Below, piece by piece: positions 51,211 to 60,057 of a stretch of 64,000 bases of DNA. The DNA is from a bacterium. Its GTDB lineage: Bacteria; Patescibacteriota; Patescibacteriia; Patescibacteriales; GWC2-42-12. The position numbers were made by a program, and so were the translations under genes. The stretch is taken from positions 16,885-80,884 of the forward strand of contig JAUSEG010000017.1 of assembly GCA_030650415.1 (NCBI GenBank), in the 5' to 3' direction. The first letter of the stretch is position 1; the number at the start of each line of letters is the position of its first letter. The notes below the pieces were generated by a model that was given only the letters and a program-made list of their open reading frames with translations, did no database searches and was not told where the DNA came from.

Positions 51211-53004
51211 ATGCCGGAAAAAAATTCAAGCCAAAAATTAAATAGGCAGCCGATTAATATGCGTCAGTTTTGGTCGAGGCTATGGCGGTTGATCTCGGCT
51301 TCGCAGCTGCAAATAAAGCATTTGTTTGTTTTGATATTGGCGGCTGAAAGTTTTCAGTTCGTCGGCCCCTATTTGCTTAAAAGAATTATTGACTTGGTGG
51401 CGGCTTTTAAAGTTGAAAATATCAAGAATATAATAATTTTAATTATTTTCATACTCTTAGTTGATTTAATTGCCAATTTAATAGATTATTTTAGCGATAA
51501 AAGAATTTATAAAATTACCATAGCGGCGGAAAAATATTTATCGATTAATGCTCAAAGAAAAATGGTTGATTTGGGCTTGGGCTATCACGAGAAAGAAAAT
51601 ACCGGCAATAAGATTTTTAAAATTCAGAGGGGTATCGATAAAATTATCGACTTAATGGAAAATTTTTTCTGGGAGGTGGGGCCGACGATTATCCAAACAA
51701 TTTTAACCGCTTTTATTTTATATATCGTGGATTGGCGCTTCGGTTTAATATTTACTTTATTTGTCCCAATTTTCGTGTATTTAACAGCTAAGTTAAATAA
51801 TGAAAGAGCTCCTTTAAGAATGCGCCGCCACGATATGTATGAAGAAGCGGCCGGTAAAATGGCTCAGGCCATAATTAACATCAATACCGTCAAATCATTT
51901 GTTCAGGAGGACCGAGAGGTCGGCGAGTTCAAAAAAATAAAGGATAATACCGAGAAAATCGCTTTGCTGGAATTTTTTAAGCTGTTGAATTTTAATTACG
52001 GAAGAACGGCGGTCATAACTGTCGGGCGGGTTTCAGTTATGTTATTTGGCGTTTATTTGGTTTGGATCGGTAATATTACTATCGGCAGTTTTGTTTTTAT
52101 CATAACCATCTCGGAAAAGGCCTTGATTTCTTTATTTAGAATCTCCCGGCTTTACGATAAGATTATGGATTCTAGCGAAGCGATTGATCGGCTGTATCAG
52201 CTGGAAAGCCAGAGCTTGGACATAGAAAATCCGGTTAACGGCCTGGCGGTTAAGGCTATCGCCGGTCAAATTGAGTTTAAGGATGTTAGCTTCGCCTACA
52301 AAGATAGCAGCCTCAAGGCTTTGGATAAGGTAAATTTTAAAATTAATTCGGGTTGCACTACGGCCTTAGTCGGTCCGTCCGGCGGAGGAAAAACTACCGT
52401 GGCGCGTTTAATCTATCGCCACTACGATCCGACCGGCGGACAAATTTTATTGGATAATCAGGATTTAAGAAACTATAACATCTATAATTTTCGCAAATTT
52501 TTAGCAATTGTGCCCCAAGAAGTGGAAATTTTTAACGAGAGCGTTAGAGATAACATTTCCTACGCCAGTCCGGCGGTAAGCATAAAAGCGGTAATCGCGG
52601 CCGCTAAGATTGCCAATGCCGAAGAATTTATTGATAGATTAAAAAGCGGTTATAAAACTTTAGTCGGCGAGCGCGGCATTAAACTTTCCGGCGGCCAGAG
52701 ACAGCGGCTAGGCATCGCCCGCGCCATCTTAGCCAATCCGCGAATTTTAATTTTTGACGAAGCCACCTCGAATCTTGATTCATACAGCGAAAAATTAATT
52801 CAGGAAGCTTTGGAAAGAATCAGTAAGGATCGAACGGTAGTTATTATCGCCCATCGGTTAAGCACGATTAGAAGGGCCGACAAAATTGTTGTTCTGGAAG
52901 ACGGCCGGGTGGCCGAGCAGGGAAGCCATCTGGAATTGGCCAAGATAGATGGCGGGTTGTACCGGGAATTACTAAAATTACAGCGCCTGGGAGATGTTGA
53001 TTAA
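51211..53004 (+). CDS. ABC exporter, fused permease/ATPase (MsbA/ABCB-like)
   Basis: Six-TM N-terminal domain. GPSGGGKTT, LSGGQRQRLGIARA, ILIFDEATS. Confidence 0.9.
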   Translation: MPEKNSSQKLNRQPINMRQFWSRLWRLISASQLQIKHLFVLILAAESFQFVGPYLLKRIIDLVAAFKVENIKNIIILIIFILLVDLIANLIDYFSDKRIYKITIAAEKYLSINAQRKMVDLGLGYHEKENTGNKIFKIQRGIDKIIDLMENFFWEVGPTIIQTILTAFILYIVDWRFGLIFTLFVPIFVYLTAKLNNERAPLRMRRHDMYEEAAGKMAQAIININTVKSFVQEDREVGEFKKIKDNTEKIALLEFFKLLNFNYGRTAVITVGRVSVMLFGVYLVWIGNITIGSFVFIITISEKALISLFRISRLYDKIMDSSEAIDRLYQLESQSLDIENPVNGLAVKAIAGQIEFKDVSFAYKDSSLKALDKVNFKINSGCTTALVGPSGGGKTTVARLIYRHYDPTGGQILLDNQDLRNYNIYNFRKFLAIVPQEVEIFNESVRDNISYASPAVSIKAVIAAAKIANAEEFIDRLKSGYKTLVGERGIKLSGGQRQRLGIARAILANPRILIFDEATSNLDSYSEKLIQEALERISKDRTVVIIAHRLSTIRRADKIVVLEDGRVAEQGSHLELAKIDGGLYRELLKLQRLGDVD

Positions 53005-53006
53005 GA

Positions 53007-53111
53007 AATCTCGTATCTCGTAACTCGCAACCCGCAGCTCAAACTCGCAGCCCATAACTTTTTTAGCTTTATATTTTGAGTTGTGAGCTATGAGCTATGG
53101 GTTGTGAGATT
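53007..53111. repeat. Palindromic word-repeat element (ctcgtaac type)
   Basis: aatctcgtatctcgtaactcgcaacccgcagctcaaactcgcagcccataac ... tgagttgtgagctatgagctatgggttgtgagatt. Confidence 0.75.
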
Positions 53112-53118
53112 CTAATAT

Positions 53119-53652
53119 ATGATAGCCAAAATTATCGCCAATATTTTATTTATTATTATGCTCGCGATCGCGCAAATCTCTTTTATCAGCGGTTTGCCCG
53201 GGGTGTTCGCCGATTTGAATCTGGTTTTAGTGATTTTAATTTTTATTTTGGGTTTCACGAGTTTTAATTTTGCCGCCTGGTGGTCGCTGGGCATCGGTTT
53301 TATGCTGGAAGTTTTTTTCTTTTTGCCATTCGGCGCCTATCTCGTCAGCTTGTCTCTGACTATTATTATCGCCAATTTTTTATTGAATTATTTTTTCACC
53401 AACCGTTCGCTTTATTCGTTTATGGCTTTAGTCGCTTTATCTACTATTTTTTACGAGTTGATAATTAATTCCATATCTTTGATATTTTTTGAAAATAATA
53501 AATATTTCTTTTTGGTTGACGCTCATTTTTGGATTTTAACTTTAAAGCAAATCGGTTTGAATTTATTATTTACCGTTTTTATTTATTATATATTACACAC
53601 CTTTGGCAGAAATTTAAGGCCGGTATTTCTAATAAGGAATAAAAAATATTAA
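53119..53652 (+). CDS. Polytopic membrane protein, possibly MreD-like
   Basis: 177 aa, about 5 TM helices. Size and position near PBP2 fit MreD. No diagnostic motif seen. Confidence 0.35.
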   Translation: MIAKIIANILFIIMLAIAQISFISGLPGVFADLNLVLVILIFILGFTSFNFAAWWSLGIGFMLEVFFFLPFGAYLVSLSLTIIIANFLLNYFFTNRSLYSFMALVALSTIFYELIINSISLIFFENNKYFFLVDAHFWILTLKQIGLNLLFTVFIYYILHTFGRNLRPVFLIRNKKY

Positions 53653-53670
53653 GTTTATTTATAATAAAAA

Positions 53671-53692
53671 AGGCGTCTCATCTGAAACGCCT
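53671..53692. terminator. Hairpin between convergent genes
   Basis: aggcgt-ctcatctgaa-acgcct preceded by aaaaa. Confidence 0.55.
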
Positions 53693-53713
53693 TGAGCAAT
53701 CGTTTAACTTAGA

Positions 53714-53950
53714 TTATCGCTTAAGTTGTTTGTACATTTGCTCAATTGAAAGATCTGATTCTGTTTTTCCATCAAACAGAATGACAGTATCTTTATTGGG
53801 CATAGTAAAGCGAAGTTGGATACGGTTAAATTCCATTGCTTCAGCCGCTATTCCGTCTACGAAAATTTTCCCTCCTTTGTTTACCAGTGTTACTTGTTTT
53901 ACTTTTGGCGTCCAGGCACCACACCACATTTCCGCGTTTGCTGTAATCAC
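53714..53950 (-). CDS. Hypothetical 78-aa protein
   Basis: GTG start 5 nt after GGGAGGA. Opposite strand to its neighbours. No recognisable domain. Confidence 0.5.
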   Translation of the reverse strand: MITANAEMWCGAWTPKVKQVTLVNKGGKIFVDGIAAEAMEFNRIQLRFTMPNKDTVILFDGKTESDLSIEQMYKQLKR

Positions 53951-54098
53951 GACTATCCTCCCTTCTTTTAGCTAATTATTTTTGTTTGTTGGCTTTATAT
54001 TATCAATGTATTTTTAAGTTGTCAATGGTATAAATTTTGATAAACCCCATGCGTTATTTGTAATATTTATAGCTAATTCGTAGATTTGTGTAAAATTT

Positions 54099-56057
54099 AT
54101 GATTTTACTAAAAAAACAATTTAAAAGAAGCGATCCTTTCGTTATTCAGGAGGGCAGTATCCGGTCTGGTAAATTAAAAAGGGATCAAGGCGCGTTTGAA
54201 TTGGTTGAGTCCCAATCTTCATATTCGGGCAGAAAAGAAACCATCGGCCGGAGTTTTGACGTCAATAAAATTTATAAAATAAATATAGTTTTGTTATTGT
54301 TTTTTTTCTTTATTCTCGGCCGAGCCGGCTGGCTGCAAATCGCTAAAGGCGGTTATTATTACGATTTAGCCGAAGGCAATCGCATCAGAGTCGAGAGAAT
54401 GGAAGCGAAGAGAGGTGTAATTTATGATCGATTAGGCCGGCCCTTGGTTAGGAATTCAGCCAATTTTTTATTATATTTTACGCCGGCTGATTTGCCTAAG
54501 GATAAAATTGAGCAAAAAAAGATTATTCAGAAAGTCAGCGAATATTTAGGCGATATCAAGCCGGAGGCAATCGCGGATTCTTTAAGTAAAATTAAAGTTA
54601 ATTCGCTAGAATCCTATCAACCTTTATTTATCGCCGATAATATTGACTATGACCGAGCCATGGCGCTTTATTTAGCGGCCGATAATCTGCCGGGCGTAAT
54701 TATAACCAATAAGACCAGGCGCGAATATAATTTATTCAGCCTGTCTTTATCTCATATTTTGGGTTATACGGGAAAAATCAATGACGCGGAATTAGTTAAA
54801 TTCGGCGGCGGCTATCTGCCGATTGATTATATCGGTAAAACCGGGATTGAGAATTTTTGGGAGAACGAGATGAAAGGAACGAACGGAAAAAAGCAAATTG
54901 AAGTCGATGCTCTAGGTAAGGAAAAAAAGATTATAAACCAAGAGCCGGGTGAAGACGGGCATAATCTGGTTTTATCAATTGACATTGAACTGCAGAAAAA
55001 ACTCGAAGAATCAATAATAAGTTCTTTAGAAAAGCTTCATTTAAATAAGGCTTGCGCTATCGCTTTAGACCCGAATAACGGCGAAGTCTTAGCCATGGTA
55101 AGTTTTCCTTCATACAACAATAACGACTTTGCTCATGGCCTGACGCAGGCCGAATATCAAAAAATTGCCGAGCATCCGGATCGGCCATTATTTAATCGCT
55201 GCGTTTCCGGCGAATATCCGTCCGGTTCGGTGATTAAGCCGGTGGTCGCGGTCGCGGCGCTTGAAGAAAAAATTATTAATGAAAATACCAGTTTTTTAAG
55301 TACCGGTGGAATAAAAATTGATCAATGGTTTTTTCCTGACTGGAAAGCGGGCGGGCACGGCTTAACTAATGTCAGGTCGGCCATTGCCAATTCGGTCAAT
55401 ACTTTTTTCTATTACATCGGCGGCGGCTACCAGGATTTTACCGGGCTCGGCCTTGATCGCATGGTGAAATATGAAAAATTATTCGGCCTGGACGCGCAAT
55501 CCGGCATAGATCTAATAGGCGAAGCCGATGGTTTTTTACCGACTAAGGATTGGAAGCTTCAGACTAAGGATGAAAGATGGTATATCGGCGATACTTATCA
55601 TGTGGCGATCGGGCAAGGCGATCTCTTAGTCACACCCTTGCAGGTGGCGGACTATACGGCGGTTTTCGCCAATGGCGGTTCTCTGTATCGTCCGCATTTA
55701 ATTAAACAAATTTTAAACAGTCAGGATAAAATTATCGGCGAAGTGGATAATAAGCCGATTAGAAGTAATTTCGTAAGCGCTAAAAATATTGAAATCGTCA
55801 GGCAGGGTATGCGCCAAACCATAACCTCGGGTAGCGCGCAGAGCTTGCAAGCCGTTCCCGTTCCCGTAGCCGGCAAGACCGGCACGGCGCAGTGGTCGAG
55901 CGTAAAGCCGACTCATGCCTGGTTCACCGGCTTCGCGCCTTATGACAAGCCGGAAATTGTCATAACCATTTTAATCGAGCAGGGCGGGGAAGGCAGTACG
56001 ACTGCCGTACCGATTGCTAAGGAAGTATTGAATTGGTATTTTAGCAGAAATCCTTAG
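54099..56057 (+). CDS. mrdA: Penicillin-binding protein 2 (class B transpeptidase)
   Basis: N-terminal TM helix, dimerisation domain, SGSVIKP (SxxK), SVN-type motif, KTGTAQ. Confidence 0.85.
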   Translation: MILLKKQFKRSDPFVIQEGSIRSGKLKRDQGAFELVESQSSYSGRKETIGRSFDVNKIYKINIVLLLFFFFILGRAGWLQIAKGGYYYDLAEGNRIRVERMEAKRGVIYDRLGRPLVRNSANFLLYFTPADLPKDKIEQKKIIQKVSEYLGDIKPEAIADSLSKIKVNSLESYQPLFIADNIDYDRAMALYLAADNLPGVIITNKTRREYNLFSLSLSHILGYTGKINDAELVKFGGGYLPIDYIGKTGIENFWENEMKGTNGKKQIEVDALGKEKKIINQEPGEDGHNLVLSIDIELQKKLEESIISSLEKLHLNKACAIALDPNNGEVLAMVSFPSYNNNDFAHGLTQAEYQKIAEHPDRPLFNRCVSGEYPSGSVIKPVVAVAALEEKIINENTSFLSTGGIKIDQWFFPDWKAGGHGLTNVRSAIANSVNTFFYYIGGGYQDFTGLGLDRMVKYEKLFGLDAQSGIDLIGEADGFLPTKDWKLQTKDERWYIGDTYHVAIGQGDLLVTPLQVADYTAVFANGGSLYRPHLIKQILNSQDKIIGEVDNKPIRSNFVSAKNIEIVRQGMRQTITSGSAQSLQAVPVPVAGKTGTAQWSSVKPTHAWFTGFAPYDKPEIVITILIEQGGEGSTTAVPIAKEVLNWYFSRNP

Positions 56058-56137
56058 CTCCTTCTTTCTTTATGGGTGAAGCAGGTTTTGTCTTAATAAA
56101 TTTTTATGCTAAAATATAAGCATAAACATAAATAACA

Positions 56138-56884
56138 ATGAATATGCTGGATAGCCTTATTTTGAACAAAAAATCCATAGAAAGTATTTATAAAACAATT
56201 AGCGAATACCACAAAAAACATTTAGTACAATTTGGAGTAAAATTGCCTAAACTTTATGCTTCTAAAAAGAAATTTACAAAAGACGCGCTAGTTTTAGTCT
56301 ATTTAGCATACGATTACCCAAATACTAGAAAAGTTAGTAAAGAGGAACTTACTAAATTTGTCAGGAGCCATTATCCAAATACAAACGATGTTCAGCAAGC
56401 CAGACATTTGGGCGCGCAAGCTGGCTGGTGGATAGTCGCGGGCGGACGAGATAATATTGTTTTAAAAATAGAAAGAGGTTCATATCAGCTTTATACATTA
56501 GAGCAACCCTATCCTGGATTTAAAAAGGGACACAGGATCGCAGAAACTGATGACTGGGGCACTATAAAAGAAAAATATAATTATCGTTGCGCTACTTGCG
56601 GTTCGCAAGAAGGCAAGCCGCACTTTCATTGGCCAGCGACAAAAACGATTTTAGAGAAATCACATATGGATCCGAACAAACCGCTTGTTCCTGGAAACAT
56701 TATTCCTCAATGCCAGAAATGCAACCGGGGCGACAGAAATAGATGGGTTTATGACGAAAAAGGCAGAGTTATAAAATTAGCAGATGGTAATTTTGTAAAA
56801 AATTTTGATAAAGAGGTAAAGAAAATAATTTATAGAATACTTTATAAAGAATTTAATGGAAAAAATCCAAATTTAAAAAAATGA
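56138..56884 (+). CDS. Putative type II restriction endonuclease, HNH (beta-beta-alpha-Me) type
   Basis: C-terminal CATCGSQEGKPHFHWPATKTILEKSHMDP...NIIPQCQKCNR has two CxxC pairs around His/Asn. Its stop overlaps the methylase start (ATGA at 56881..56884). Confidence 0.6.
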   Translation: MNMLDSLILNKKSIESIYKTISEYHKKHLVQFGVKLPKLYASKKKFTKDALVLVYLAYDYPNTRKVSKEELTKFVRSHYPNTNDVQQARHLGAQAGWWIVAGGRDNIVLKIERGSYQLYTLEQPYPGFKKGHRIAETDDWGTIKEKYNYRCATCGSQEGKPHFHWPATKTILEKSHMDPNKPLVPGNIIPQCQKCNRGDRNRWVYDEKGRVIKLADGNFVKNFDKEVKKIIYRILYKEFNGKNPNLKK

Positions 56885-57888
56885 AAAACAATAAATTTAT
56901 AAACAATATAATTTGCGCTGACACTTTAGAATTTTTACCTCAAATCGAAAGTGATTCTATTGATGTTGTTCTGACTGATCCTCCATATTTTTTAGATAAG
57001 CTTGATAATAATTGGGATTATGAAGAAGTGTCAAATCAAAATAACCAATACACGATAAAATCACTTCCCGCCGGAATGAAATTTGACAGAGAACAAGGTA
57101 AAAGGTTTTATGCCTGGTATTTGAAAATTTCTTATGAAATTTTTAGAATTTTAAAACCAGGCGGTTTTTTCTTTTCATTTTCTAGTCCTAGGTTGTATCA
57201 CAGGATGGCTTCCGCGATTGATGATGCCGGTTTTGAAATCAGAGATGCCTTTATGTGGCTATATACTCAAAATCAGGCCAAAGCGATGGGCGTTGATCAC
57301 TTTATTAAAAAAATGGATATAGATGAGAAAGCAAAAGAAAAAATTAGAGAAAAATTGAATGGTTGGAAAACCCCACAAATTAAATCATGCTTTGAGCCAA
57401 TCGCAATGGCGCAAAAACCAGCCGGTCAAACATATCTTAAAAATATGCTTGAACATGAAGTTGGATTGTTTAATACCAATTTCAGAATTGGCAACAATAT
57501 GTACCCGGCGAATGTTTTTACGGTAGATGAAATAAATGAGTTGGTTGATAGAGCCTTTTTATTGCCGAAACCGACAAAAAAAGAAAAAGGAGATTACAAT
57601 AACCACAAAACCGTTAAGCCCTTGGCTATTTGCGAGTATTTAATTAAATTATCGGCTTTTTCAAAAGACGCTGTTATATTAGATCCGTTTGTCGGTAGCG
57701 GGACAACCGCGGTGGCGGCCAAAAAGTTGGGTAAAAATTATATTGGCATTGACGCGAACGAAAAATATGTAAAAATTTCCGAGAGAAGATTAAAAGAATT
57801 AGATGAAAAATCTGGTTTATTTAAAAATGCAATGAATGTAGAAAAACAGGAAAAAATAAGTTTGCAAGCGCAACTGCAGATTGCCTAA
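56881..57888 (+). CDS. DNA methyltransferase, beta-class (N6-adenine or N4-cytosine)
   Basis: Motif IV VLTDPPYF precedes motif I FVGSGTTAVAA near the C-terminus (beta permutation). Confidence 0.85.
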   Translation: MKNNKFINNIICADTLEFLPQIESDSIDVVLTDPPYFLDKLDNNWDYEEVSNQNNQYTIKSLPAGMKFDREQGKRFYAWYLKISYEIFRILKPGGFFFSFSSPRLYHRMASAIDDAGFEIRDAFMWLYTQNQAKAMGVDHFIKKMDIDEKAKEKIREKLNGWKTPQIKSCFEPIAMAQKPAGQTYLKNMLEHEVGLFNTNFRIGNNMYPANVFTVDEINELVDRAFLLPKPTKKEKGDYNNHKTVKPLAICEYLIKLSAFSKDAVILDPFVGSGTTAVAAKKLGKNYIGIDANEKYVKISERRLKELDEKSGLFKNAMNVEKQEKISLQAQLQIA

Positions 57889-58112
57889 AATTAGATATAA
57901 GATACAAAAAATATGAAAACGAAAAAAGGAGCGGATAATATTACTTTTTTTAGTCTGCCATCGCGCGATCAAAAAAAAGATTATTAAAGCCGCGGTTAAA
58001 GCGGCGAATAAAGACCAAAGTAATTTAGTAATGTAATACGAAAAATCTTGTTGTGGCTTAAAGCCGGCTCACGGTTGCAGATAATTAAAAAAGAATTTGT
58101 AAAAATACTAAA

Positions 58113-58148
58113 AAATAAGGCGTGAATAACGGCCTTATTTTTTTTGTT
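58113..58148 (+). terminator. Rho-independent terminator of the R-M pair
   Basis: aaataaggc-gtgaataacg-gccttattt followed by tttttt. Confidence 0.7.
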
Positions 58149-58151
58149 TTA

Positions 58152-58178
58152 AAATAAAAAAGACCCGCCAGAGGTCTT
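58152..58178 (-). terminator. Terminator of 58222..59121
   Basis: Minus strand: aagacc-tctggcg-ggtctt followed by ttttatttt. Confidence 0.55.
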
Positions 58179-58221
58179 AGTGACATGGCGGGAAGCAGTT
58201 GGTCTGCTTAGTCCGTTGCGA

Positions 58222-59121
58222 TCAGGCGAGTTGGCTGGCGAGCCACTCGATGGCCTCTTGACGCGTCGCGAAGACGTTGGCTTCAGGGAAGCGTTTTTTG
58301 AGCACCTTCAGCGTCTGGTTCATGGCCTTGAGCGGATGCCCGGTTATGCCCTCAGTGTCGAAGACGACCACCGTGCGATTGGACTTGTCGTAGAGGGCCA
58401 TTGTGGCTTCAACCATTGAATAGGCCGAGAGCGGGTTGCCATCCTGTTTGGGATCGGCGATGTAGAAGACGAGATGGCTCGCCTCCGTCTTCGCCGCTTC
58501 TTCGCATCGCTGTGCCTCTTCGTTCCAGTCCTTGACGACCGGATTGAAAAGGGTTTCAGCCGACACGCCACGACCCACGAGGGATTCGATAAGACCGTCC
58601 CGCCAGTTGTTGTTCGCTGCCGTTCCATCCAGGAATACGAGCTTTTTGTTCATTTTGATTTTTTTGCTCTTCCTTTTCCCGTAGTACTTTGCCAGCGCCG
58701 CCTCGATGTCTTCACCGGACGCAACCTGCCAAGTAATTTCCGTATTCAGCAGATGCTCGAGCGAGTCCACGACGGCCAGGTCGGACGGATCCGCGATGGC
58801 GATGGTGAGCGCGTCGCCGTGTTTGTAAACGGGAACGACTCGATAGTTGCGGGCGATGTCCCTGCGGACGCTGGCGATGACCTCATCGTCAATCTTCATC
58901 TCACTCAGATTCACCACCTTCACGCCAAAGTGCGCCGCCAAGGCATGCATGATATTATCCTTCTGGATAATGTTATGGATTAGCATCCAATTCACGACCC
59001 CAACCCGACAATCACTCGCCGCCTCTCTGGCGGCCGCGACCTGTTTGGCGTTAACTAGGCCGAGATTTAGCAGCGAATCAATCAGATAATCTTTCCCTTC
59101 GCCTATAGACTGTTTTTTCAT
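58222..59121 (-). CDS. High-GC orphan: T2SSE_N/MshEN-type domain fused to nucleoside 2-deoxyribosyltransferase-like domain
   Basis: Residues ~10-150 are collinear with the PilB/GspE N-terminal domain (..HFGVKVVNLSEMKIDDEVIASV..ARNYRVVPVYKHGDALTIAIADPSDLAVVDSLEHLL..EITWQVASGEDIEAALAKYYG). After a Lys-rich linker, FLDGTAANNNWRDGLI...FNPVVKDWNEEAQRCE...YSMVEAT matches phage NDT-like proteins (FLGGT....WR..LI...FNPVV.DW...Q..E...YS..E). 58% G+C in line 58441-58500. Confidence 0.75.
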   Translation of the reverse strand: MKKQSIGEGKDYLIDSLLNLGLVNAKQVAAAREAASDCRVGVVNWMLIHNIIQKDNIMHALAAHFGVKVVNLSEMKIDDEVIASVRRDIARNYRVVPVYKHGDALTIAIADPSDLAVVDSLEHLLNTEITWQVASGEDIEAALAKYYGKRKSKKIKMNKKLVFLDGTAANNNWRDGLIESLVGRGVSAETLFNPVVKDWNEEAQRCEEAAKTEASHLVFYIADPKQDGNPLSAYSMVEATMALYDKSNRTVVVFDTEGITGHPLKAMNQTLKVLKKRFPEANVFATRQEAIEWLASQLA

Positions 59122-59201
59122 AGTTTTTTTGTTTTGTTTTACTCCGGCTTGTTTTTGCCGGATATTTTATTTAAGCATATTTTAAAATATTTGTCCAGCT
59201 T

Positions 59202-59262
59202 TTAGCACTCCCTTGACCCCGCATAACTCGCTACGCTCGTAAGCGGGGCAGGCAAGAGTGCT
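59202..59262. promoter_or_regulatory. Degenerate second CIRCE with its spacer expanded by a GC hairpin
   Basis: TTAGCACTC (59202..59210) ... AGAGTGCT (59255..59262) are separated by 44 nt containing the hairpin ccccgc...gcgggg (59217..59248). Confidence 0.45.
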
Positions 59263-59277
59263 TTTTTTATATGTAAA

Positions 59278-59304
59278 TTAGCACTCTTGACACGGGAGTG
59301 CTAA
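59278..59304. promoter_or_regulatory. CIRCE operator (HrcA binding site) overlapping a sigma70-type promoter
   Basis: TTAGCACTC-ttgacacgg-GAGTGCTAA is a perfect consensus. TTGACA lies inside the spacer and TATAGA 16 nt downstream. 67 nt upstream of hrcA. Confidence 0.9.
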
Positions 59305-59370
59305 TTAGTATAGAATGATAATATAGGAAATTAAATCCCCCTAACCCCCTTTGTTAAAGGGGGCAATTAT

Positions 59371-60057
59371 ATGGACAAACGGAAAGAATTAATTCTAAAA
59401 ACCATTATTAAAGAATACATAAAAACCGCCGCGCCCATCGGATCGGAAGGTTTGGTTGAGAAATACAATTTGGACATTTCCTCGGCCACGGTCAGGAATG
59501 AAATGGCGGATTTAGAGGAAGCCGGCTTTATAGCGCAACCGCATACTTCGGCTGGCCGCATTCCAACCGAGAAAGCTTATAATTTCTACTTAGAAAATTT
59601 AAGTGAAAAGAAATTAAGCGATAGCGAGGAGAAAATTTTTAAAGAAGTTTTGATAAAAAAAGAAGAAATAAATTTTAAGCAAGCGGCAAAGCTCATGGCC
59701 AAGATTTCCGGCAACGCGATTTTTTGGGCCTTTCACAAACATAATTTATACTATACCGGAGTATCTAATTTATTGCATCAGCCGGAATTTTCCCAAGCCG
59801 ATATGGTTTATGATATTTCAGGGTTGATTGATCGTCTGGACGAAATTATTAGTCAAATTTTTAACGACTTGAAATTCGGACCGCAAATTATGCTTGGGTC
59901 AAAAAATCCGTTCGGCGTTTATTGCAGTGTGGTGATCAGTAAATACCGGTTAGGCGACGATATCGGTTTAATCGGCGTTCTTGGTCCGATGCGGATGAAT
60001 TATGAAAAGAATTTAGCCTTAGTGAAATTTATAAATGATATATTAAATGAAAAATAA
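59371..60057 (+). CDS. hrcA: Heat-inducible transcription repressor HrcA (short form, 228 aa)
   Basis: KRKELILKTIIKEYIKTAAPIGSEGLVEKYNLDISSATVRNEMADLEEAGFIAQPHTSAGRIPTEKAY is the canonical HrcA wHTH. Confidence 0.85.
   Translation: MDKRKELILKTIIKEYIKTAAPIGSEGLVEKYNLDISSATVRNEMADLEEAGFIAQPHTSAGRIPTEKAYNFYLENLSEKKLSDSEEKIFKEVLIKKEEINFKQAAKLMAKISGNAIFWAFHKHNLYYTGVSNLLHQPEFSQADMVYDISGLIDRLDEIISQIFNDLKFGPQIMLGSKNPFGVYCSVVISKYRLGDDIGLIGVLGPMRMNYEKNLALVKFINDILNEK

Noticed and set aside
58180-59089. Alternative-frame ORFs within the 58222..59121 gene (58180..58419+, 58344..58628-, 58474..58983+, 58847..59089+), and likewise 18422..18790+, 18501..18704+, 18604..18828- in the 18290 gene
   Set aside because: Same GC-driven open-frame artefact. 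Only the long minus-strand frames show domain-level similarity.
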